A stretch of DNA of 64,000 nt from Chiloscyllium plagiosum (taxonomy: Eukaryota), in assembly GCF_004010195.1 (NCBI RefSeq), contig NC_057755.1:149042-213041 (forward strand). Reading direction: 5' to 3'. The translations under genes were made by a program, and so were the position numbers. How positions within the stretch are numbered: the stretch's first letter is position 1; each line of letters starts with the position of its first letter. Shown in pieces: positions 54,866 to 64,000 of the stretch. The notes beneath the pieces were generated by a model. It made no database searches. It had not been told where the DNA came from and saw only the letters and a list, made by a program, of their open reading frames with translations.

Positions 54866-55472
54866 CTCCTGTTCCCTGGATGCTGCCTGACCTGCTGTGC
54901 TGTTCCAGCAATAAAGTTTCAGAATAAAACATGCCCACATATATTGACCCTCACACACCAGAAGTGAAACACAAAAACACGAACTCCCAATCAGTATCAA
55001 GTAGAGAGAGAGGGAGATAATAAAAGTGCATGACATGGAGGGGATGTTCATTCACTGAAAGGTAATTAGTATTACGTCAAGGTATTGCTGGTTGTGTTTG
55101 TGAATTTTGTGTTTTGCAAGAATCACCTCATCGGGTAATATCAGTGAATGAAGAAATGTGGAAGTGATTTCAGTCAATTCATTTGAGAAAGTGTTAAACT
55201 GAAACTCTACTTATCTGATGTGGAGGAAGTGAGGACTGCAGATTCTGGAGATCAGAATTGACAGTGTGGTATTTGAAAAGCATAGCAAGTCAGGCATCAT
55301 CCGAGGAACAGGAGAATCGACGGTTCCGACATAAACCCTTCATCAGGAAAAGGGCCTGATGTAGTCAATTTGAGAAAACGAAACAGAGGGTGAGGAATAG
55401 ATAGGAAGATAAAGCACGAGATAGAGACAAAGGCAGATAGAGAGACAAAGCTAGAGGGAGACAGAAACAGAG

Positions 55473-55600
55473 TGTAGATTCGTTGTATCAGTTAAGATTC
55501 TGTGAATAAACTGCTGTCTGCGTCTAATCATAGTTGCCAGTGTGAGTCTCTCCTTCCGAAAGAACACGCAAAGACGGGACCCCGCGGGTCCGTCTTAACA
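55473..55600 (+). mobile_element. 128-bp TG...CA segment resembling an LTR R-U5 end
   Basis: Starts TGTAGA, has AATAAA at 55505, a GC-rich hairpin at 55571-55596, and ends TTAACA. Confidence 0.5.
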
Positions 55601-58600
55601 AGGTAAATAATAAAATTGATATTTTTCTTTAATTAGTGGAATTCGGGACATTCTCTGTCACTCATACATTAACTGCTTATGAGGCGAGGTGACCTTTTTC
55701 TCAGTGTTTGGCTTAATTAGCAGAAGGGTTCACCACTGTATCATAAAACTCTCCATTCCATCGTCTCTATTCCCCTGTATTGAACTCTCTTCAAGTTACT
55801 CTCTGGTTAGTACTCTCCGTGCTACTTGATATTAAATCGTTTCCGTTTCCCCATAGTTAACACTTTCCTCACTCAATTACAAACCATCTTGTTCCAATAA
55901 AACTCCATTTAAACATTTCGCTGTGAGTTTGCATTCAATCCCATCCCGTTATGCTTTATTTTACCCTCTCGCTACTACTCTCTCTTTAAACTTTCCATTA
56001 TTATTGCCTATTTAATCCGATGACTATTATTCTGCATTGAATTCTCTCCCTGTCACAATCTTTAGTCCCTTCTATAACTCTCTCTATCTTCCCGTGATGC
56101 TTTTCAATTTTTGTTTTCCCTTCCAGAATGTGTGTTCCCCACTCAATAATCAGAGATCGAGATTCCCTGCAAAATCATTTATCACAATTGCTAACACGTG
56201 ATCGCCGCTGCTGTGTGTTACCGCCTCTCTGGCTGGCGCTGCAATTGCAAATGTTCCCAAAGCACCGGAGGGGCTCAGCAGCAGAACCACACGTCAGACA
56301 ATATGTTGCTGATCGGGATGAGGCAGGCATAACTTCAACATATACTATTATTTACATAATAAAAACAACTGCTCCGATATACAACAAAATTTATGTGCAA
56401 AGTGGATCAGTCACAATACAAAGTAATATTCATGGAAATAAACTGGAACTGTTCCAATTCACAACTACTATACACAAAATGAAACAGCTCCAGTACATTT
56501 CAATATTTACATCTCGATATGAACCGGTCCACTATGCAATATTTAAATATGAACACGAACAGTTCGAATGCACAACTGTTATACACAATATGAACCATTT
56601 CCTTACAGCTTCAAGACTGATGTATAAACGTAAATACTTCAGAAACACAAAATTATTTAAATATAAACATGTGCAGCTGCAACACACAGCAATGATTATA
56701 TATAATAGAAAACAGTTCAGAGATAAAACAATACTTATATACAAGCATGAACAGCTCAGAAACTAAACAGGAATTGAATACGAAGATGAACACTTTTCAG
56801 ACACAACTACATTTATCTTTACAAATTAGTAAATATCTTAAATATATTTACATATAAATTGGAACAGCTCAAATCATACAAAAAGTATTCGATCAGCACA
56901 GAAAAAGTTACACTGCACAGAGTAAGAGATATTACACACCAACCTGCAAGAACTGGCTGACACCTTTTATACATATACACACAACCCCTTAAAAACATTT
57001 ATTGAACCATAACCACAATGAGATATAGACAGGGAACAACACTCAGAGACAAACAGAGACAAAACCAAAGAGGGACACAGAGAAATCCTGCTGGGGGTAG
57101 GAAGATATTGACACACGGACAACCAGCCAAGCACAGTCTGAACAACACACTCACCTGCTTAAACAAGAGCACAGACTGACAGAGCTACACCTTCCATTCC
57201 ACAATAATACACCAACAGTCAGAGACTCTCCCACATACAGTCAAGGAACCACCGTGTCATGCTGACGTTAACACACACACACAACCCGAGACACAGACAG
57301 AGAGTGACGTTGCCACAAAAGGCAATAAAACATTCCCACATATATTGATCCTCACACACCAGAAGTGAAACACAAAAACACAAACTCCCAATCAGTATCA
57401 AGTAGAGAGAGAGGGAGATAATAAAAGTGCATGACATGGAGGGGATGTTCATTCACTGAAAGGTAATTAATATTACGTCAAGGTATTGCTGGTTGTGTTT
57501 GTGAATTTTGTGTTTTGCAAGAATCACCTCATCGGGTAATATCAGTGAATGAAGAAATGTGGAAGTGATTTCAGTCAATTCATTTGAGAAAGTGTTAAAC
57601 TGAAACTCTACTTATCTGATGTGGAGAAAGTGAGGACTGCAGATGCTAGAGATCAGAATCGACAGTGTGGTATTTGAAAAGCATAGCAAGTCAGGCATCA
57701 TCCGAGGAACAGGAGAATAGACGGTTCTGACATAAACCCTTCATCAGGAAAAGGGCCTGATGTGGTCAATTTGAGAAAACGAAACAGAGGGTGAGGAATA
57801 GATAGAAAGATAAAGCACGAGATAGAGACAAAGGCAGATAGAGAGACAAAGCTAGAGGGAGACAGAAACAGAGGTACTGACAACAAGGACCTTAGAGATA
57901 GGGAGAGATAGTGACATTGCGAAAATAGGGAGAGACGGAGGAAGGGCGGACAGAGACAGCAACATGGAGAAAGAGGCAGAGAGACAGAAGGCAATGCCCT
58001 TGTAATGGAAATGTACAGGATGAAAACTCAAGAAACAAGGTCAAAACTGAAAACAAAAACGTGCATTAAACAATAACCATATTAGATGAGGGGATCATCA
58101 AAACTTTGAGACTTTCTCTTTTGGTAATAAACTGTTTATTGAGAGCTGAACAGAAAGATTCTGGCAGTGATCAGATTGTATCTGTTTTTGTCCCTCACCC
58201 TCCTCCTGTGCAGGGTCAATGCAGAGACCCCTCTTAGCGGTCTTCAATACTCATCCATAGGACAGTCCAAGATCCCAACGTTCCAGCTGAACCCATCACT
58301 CACAGCCAGTCTGTCATTTCCAATCACTGCTGCAGCTTCTTTCCATCCTACCCTGCCCCTGACCGTCACCTCTTCCCCATTTCATGCTGTCCCTTTGTCA
58401 CGTCCTTCAATGTTTCTAAAGGTGGAGGTGGATAGGATATTGTTAAGCTTGTTAGGTGGTGATCTTTATCAGGGCACAGACAAAAAATGCGGATAAACTT
58501 TAGAACTGGATGAGCCACGATCTTCTGGAATGGTCGGCGGACCAAACTCGAAGGGTTGAATGGCTTCCTGCTGCTCATTGTCTGTGTGTCCCATGTTTCA

Positions 58601-58818
58601 CAATCCGTCAGTCAATCAGGGCTAGCAGCGTGTTCCTGTGATGGCGAATGGTGACCCATCCTGTTTCCCCCGCTCCATCCACCGTTGAGTGCTATACTCA
58701 GATCCATGTCATTGTGCTGATAGAATCCTGGCTGTACATTTGCAATTCCAGCAGTGGGAACACTGAGGCTGCCTCTGCAGCTCTCTCAGTTATTTTGCTG
58801 ATTTATTAAGTGAAGAAT

Positions 58819-59160
58819 TTACGTGACCATTTGGTGCACCGCATTCCTGAAATTCGCTCTGAACTTGAGTATAGTTGCTGCATAAAATGTTTGTGCTGCA
58901 GCTGAAACCCTTCAGCATTTCTACACTGAACACAAACTTATTTGTAGAACGACTGTACTTTCCAGCAGTTGTGCAGTTAATACTGTAATATAAGAAATTT
59001 GCACCGTCCACTAACAACAGAATTATGAAGCTGATGGATAGGGCGAAGAGAGAAATCACTGACTTCCTCCAGCTCCACATCCCTGTGCCTTTGTGACTCT
59101 CTCCCTTCCTCTGTCCTCTCAGGCTCTTGCGGACTAGACTGGCCACTGAAATGTACCTGA
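58819..59160 (-). pseudogene. GPR139/GPR142-like GPCR pseudogene, 3' remnant of exon 2 (end of TM5 to stop)
   Basis: RYISVASLVRKSLRGQRKGESH...RKSVISLFALSISFIIL...EMLKGFSCSTN, with a frameshift in TM7 and the TM6 Trp lost. The 5' part is replaced by CR1 sequence (59161-59355). Confidence 0.9.
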
Positions 59161-60379
59161 GGATTTCCTCAAACACCTTGCCCACCAACGACATAAACTC
59201 ACCAGCCCATAGTTCTCTGGCTCTTCCTTAGCTTCTTTCTTATATAGTCGCAACACTTGAGCCAACCTCCAGCTTTCTGGCAGCTCACCTGTGACCAGCA
59301 ATGATAAAAGTATCTCAGCGAGTTTCCCAGCAATTACTTCCCTCGCTTCCAAAGGAGTTCACCACAGCAAACTGTAGAATTTGAACTATGAATAAGTCCG
59401 AAATTAAAGATGTGAATGATGACCACAAATCCAATGTTGATCGTCAGTTCATTTCTGTAGTTTAGAGAGGGAAAACTCCATCCTTAAGTGGGCAAGAGAT
59501 GCGTGATTCCAGACCTACGGATATGTGATAGTGAATTGCCCTCTACGCAATTAGGGATGGGCAATAAATATTGGTGCCAGCCTGTGATACCATCTTCCCG
59601 TGATTGAATAAAAAGAATCCATTTCTGAGACCGATGCAAAGGAAGTGGAAGAGGCAATTTAACTAAAGTTTAGATTGTAAAGAGGAATAGCTGAAGGCCA
59701 ATCATCCCCTCCCATGTGTATACAGAAACATCAGATGGGCAATACGTCAGAAGGGAAAGGGAAGTTCTCGTGAGTTGGGCATGTGTGAAGTTCAATGTCA
59801 ATTGGATTGGGAATGAGGCAGTAGTCGGTGAGGTGGACACAGGTGATCTTGGGATGCAAAGAACGCCAGAGTCAACTAATGTTGGCAATGACGAAAGGAG
59901 AGCCAAGTCTCAATATTGAGGGTTTGAAAATTGAAGGGATGACACCTTATTGTGGTTGCTCATCAGAAAACGATGCCTGCTCCCCCCACCAATTCTCACT
60001 AAAGTCTGAAATCATTTATGTTGCCATATATGTAATCCTTCCACAATTCTAAAAATTAATTCTGAGAGGGAGTTTGTGAAGTGATACATTTTCACGAAAT
60101 AAATCAAAGGCTGTGGATACTGAAAATATGAAACAGAAACAGTAATAACTGACGAAACTCAATAGGTATGGTATCGCCTGTGGAGAGAGAAACAGGTTTG
60201 ATGCAATCATTCTTCTTCAGAGCACCTTCCTCTCAAAACATCATCTCGGTGTTGTCCTCTCACAAGGCGCTTACTGCAAATAAAGAACAGGGATTGATTT
60301 CCAAAATGAAATTAAGATTCAGAGTGTTCATATTAATCTACTATGAAACATTTGTTTGACAGATCTTAGCAGACTGAGC

Positions 60380-61250
60380 TTGGTTGGAGTCATTGAGATA
60401 TAGAGCATGGAAACAGTCCCTTTGGTCCAAATCGTCCATGCCGATCAGATATTCGAACATCATCTATCACTATTTGCCCCCAGAACCCCATAAATCTTTC
60501 CACTTTCATTTACTCATCCAGTTGCTTTTTAAATGTTGTAATTATACCATCTTTCTTAATTTCCTGTGGCAGTTCAATTCCATACATGCACTAGTCTTAG
60601 CTTTTAACTCTTTCCACTCTCACCCTCAACCTATGCTCTCTCTCTCTGGTCTCTCATAGACCAGGGAATGTACTCTGTCTGTGTACCTTATCTATGACCC
60701 TCATGATTTTTTCAATCTCTATAATATCACCCCTAGCTCCAACGTCCCATTAAAAACTGAACTATTCAGTCTCTCACTGAAGCTCAAACCCTCCAATCCT
60801 GGTAATATCCTTGTGAATCGTTTCTGAACATTTTCATGTTTCATACCATCCTTGCTTTCAGAGTGAGACTAGAATGTTACACGTTTTTTCCCAAAAGAGG
60901 ACTAAGCGATGTCTTGTACAGCTGCAACATGACCTCACAACTCCGCTAATCAATGGTCTGACCAATCAAGGACCACATACCAAGCGTCTTCTTCACTGTC
61001 CTACCTACCGGAGACTCCACTTCTAAGGAACAATGAAACTGCACTCCAAGGTCTCTTTGTTCAGTAACACTCCCCAGGATCTTATGATTAAGTGTACCGG
61101 TCTAGCCCTGATTTGCCATTCCAACCTGCAGCACCTCAAATTTATCTAATTTGAATTCCGTCCACTTTTCCTCGGCCATTGGTCCATTTGATAAAGGTCC
61201 CATTGTACTCTGAGGTAGCCTTCTTCGCTGACTACTACAGTTTCAAATTT
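60380..61250 (-). mobile_element. CR1 3' part, ancestral intronic copy of a further unit
   Basis: Same flank and tail as at 6730 and 27625. An internal deletion joins it to the CTCACTGAAT.CTCATAG intron block. Confidence 0.85.
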
Positions 61251-63288
61251 ATCGAACCCTTCTCTGTTATGATAAACTAGGGACTTGTTAGCTCACTGAA
61301 TCTCTCATAGTTTGTTTTGAAAAGTGAATAATTCCTTGTCGTGATTAGCAAATGTTCTAATTTTAACTGTACATTCGGTGAGAAAATAATGCAAAATGCA
61401 AATGAGGAAATAGGACTTTTTTGCATTACCTAGCTGAAGTAGTTTTGAAATGTGCTTGTTGATACTTTATGAACAAGCTACACAATGCAGAACAAAATAG
61501 AGAGTTCACTACTGCAATTACTGAATGTGGTAGCTCCAATCTATTGCATAATAACAAAAGTCCGGTCTCCCTGACTCCCGACTGCGTTCTAATCATTTCA
61601 GGGGAAATTAACATTTAACGTGAGAATCTGAATACACAGCAGTTCATAGACAGTACAAGATTTCACAATACTTACTTTTTAAAAAAAAATGTTTTATTTT
61701 GTAATGATAATAATTAAACAAGGTAAGCAATATTAACCTAATTAATTGATAAATCTTAGCTAATATTAATCCTCGCCATGTAAAGTTGCTTTATACATTG
61801 TAAAATTATGAACTACAAACACTTCTTCAGGGAATATCTGGAATTTAGCTGAACTCTCTGGAATTCATTTTAACAATCCACAGTGTTCCAATAGCCGAAA
61901 TGGGCAAAACAGCAGCAGCTCATTTAACCCACAAAGCGAATTCACTTTAACACTCCTTAGTGTTTCTACAATCCCACAGAAATGCATGGAAGTACTAGCA
62001 CTGCAAGAGGTCATTCATGTCTGCAACAAATGAACAAACTATCTACCTGTTCTAATCCTCCTTTCCAGCACCTGGTGCACAGCGTTGAGATTTTCTATAT
62101 ATCAGGTGCAGGTCCAAGTTCCCTTTAAATGACTTAAGGTTAGTCACCTCAAGTCATAATCAAAACAGTGAATTCCAGTCGCACCATCATCTTCTAAATG
62201 TAACGCTGGGCCTCGTGTCCTCGATTATCCTCCCATCAACACCTAACACCATAATGTAAATATCCTCTTTTCTCTCTGTGCAATTCTGTCTGCACTACTC
62301 AGCATTGAGCAGTAGTGTGCACTAAACCACAGCTGTGAGCGATACAGTTTCTCATGTAGTCCCACTGTGACCAATCTGGCAGGAGGTGAAAGAATTTGTC
62401 TTGCGTTGGTCGTGGTACAGAGTAAGAGAAGAATAACATTATGGGGTAATATGGAATTGCATATTTGTGGATATCTGATCAGGGTCTGTGGCATATAATG
62501 GACGTAAACAGATAGAGTTGGATTCTAATCTTTTTGAAATGTGGGGTTAGTTTTTCAGCTCCTCAGCAGTTCGTATAAGTGTTTAATAGCCTCACTTCTC
62601 TTCTGACACCAGCTTTTAAATTACAGAACAAGCCAGATCCTCAATAGAAATACAACTTGATGGATCATAACCTTATTTATTTTGATTTAACAAAGTGGTC
62701 TCTTGCTGAATCGCACACGATGCTGCAAATATTGCTTCACAAAAAAAGAAGATTATTCCAAAAGTAATAACGATAAAATGGAATAAACGAATCCATGAAG
62801 GTATAACACAGATTCAAAGCTAATCAACATGCAGCCAATGTACTACTCTCATTAACTCAGAACAACGCATAAATAAAACAAAAGGACAGGACTTTTATAT
62901 ATCATACAAAACATGACTCTCAGTGCCATTCCAAAGAAAACAACCTCATATAATAGTCACACCAGATTCCTTGTGTCTGCCAATTCTAAACTGGAACTGC
63001 TGTAAATTTCTTCCCAGAGATACCTCATCCCTGAGATTCAGTGTACTCAGCTTAAAACAATTTGTTCAGAGCTTTACCTTGTCCCAACACTTCTGTCTGG
63101 GTCTAATATAGCAATGTAATTTACTAAGACTCTCAGTTCCTACGCATGAGCATAAATTTATACATTCACTCAGTTCCAAGCTATTACTGGAACTAAAAGA
63201 AATGACAAGAATGATGGAAGGTAAACTACTGCTTTGTCAGTTGAGGGTTTCTTCTTTAATTGCAAATTCTAGAACTCTTCAACCAATC

Positions 63289-63971
63289 AATGAAGGTAAG
63301 CATGCAGGTACAGCTGGTAGTGAAGAAGACCAATAGCATGCTTGCCTTCATCACAAGAGGGACTGAGTATAGAAGCAAAGAGGTTCCTCTGCAGCTGTAC
63401 AGGACCCTGGTGAGACCACACCTGGAATGTTGTGTGCAGTTCTGGTCTCCAAATTTGAGGAAAGACATTCTGGCTATTGCAGAAGTGCAGCGTAGGTTCA
63501 CGAGGTCAATTCTTGGAATGGCGGGACTACCTTACGCTGAAAGACTGGAGCAACTGGGCTTGTAAACGCTTGAGTTTAGAAGACTGAGAGGGAATCTGAT
63601 TGAGACATATAAGATTATTCAAGGATTGGACAGTCTGGAGGAAGGAAACATGTTTCCGCTGATGGGTGAGCGCCGAACCAGGGGACACAACTTAAAAATA
63701 CGGGCAGACCATTTAGGACAGAGATGAGGAGAAACGTCTTCACCCAGAGAGTGGTGGCTGTGTGGAATGCTCTGCCACAGAGGGCAGTGGAGACCCAGTC
63801 TCTGGATTCATTTAAGAAAGAGTTGGATAGAGCTCTCAAGGACAGTGGAATCAAGGGTAATGGAGATAAGGCAGGAACAGGATACTGATTAAGGATTATC
63901 AGCCATGATCATAATGAATGGTGGTGCAGGCGTTAAGGGCAGAATGGCCTACTCCTGCACCTATCGTCTAT
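63289..63971 (+). mobile_element. 5'-truncated young CR1 LINE
   Basis: LYRTLVRPHLECCVQFWSP and 3' UTR GAATGGCCTACTCCTGCACCTAT. Flanked by AATC at 63285 and 63972, with an empty site at about 16610. Confidence 0.93.
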
Positions 63972-64000
63972 AATCTTTCAGTCTCCCTTTTAACCACGCT

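Larger units (their letters stand above)
53062..57876. repeat. Direct tandem duplication (53064-55472 and 55601-57872) with a 128-bp spacer
   Basis: Colinear high similarity throughout. AGAGGTA occurs at both outer breakpoints. Confidence 0.97.

Noticed and set aside
58167..58496. ORF with an apparent signal peptide (MIRLYLFLSLTLLLCRVNA)
   Set aside because: It has a GTG start, lies antisense to the GPCR 3' flank, runs into a CR1 tail fragment, and shows no equivalent signal-peptide ORF in the paralogous flanks at about 25860 and 4460.

Overview
This is vertebrate genomic DNA, most likely a cartilaginous fish (shark). That inference rests on HE1-like and SacSINE1-like SINEs, CR1/HER1-like LINEs and shark-type Penelope repeats, all recognised from memory rather than by database search. 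About two-thirds of the window is transposon-derived, and there is one 931-bp assembly gap. The organising structure is a decaying tandem array of segmental-duplication units. Each unit was originally a two-exon, minus-strand class-A GPCR gene of the GPR139/GPR142-like type, laid out as CA/GA-rich 3' flank, large exon 2, intron with an ancestral CR1, short exon 1 with a TATA box, then an old CR1+Tx1 block. Parts of about six units are visible. Only one intact exon 2 (26055-26929) and one intact exon 1 (43083-43149) survive. Paralog comparison suggests they come from two different, complementarily deleted units that could still splice in phase into a 313-aa receptor. Other highlights are a short insertion carrying an intact-looking minimal hammerhead ribozyme, with a 13-bp target-site duplication and an empty paralogous site (54794-54935), two recent 2.3-2.5 kb tandem duplications, and a 128-bp TG...CA hairpin-bearing element at one duplication junction. 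Repeat boundaries were read by eye and are approximate.
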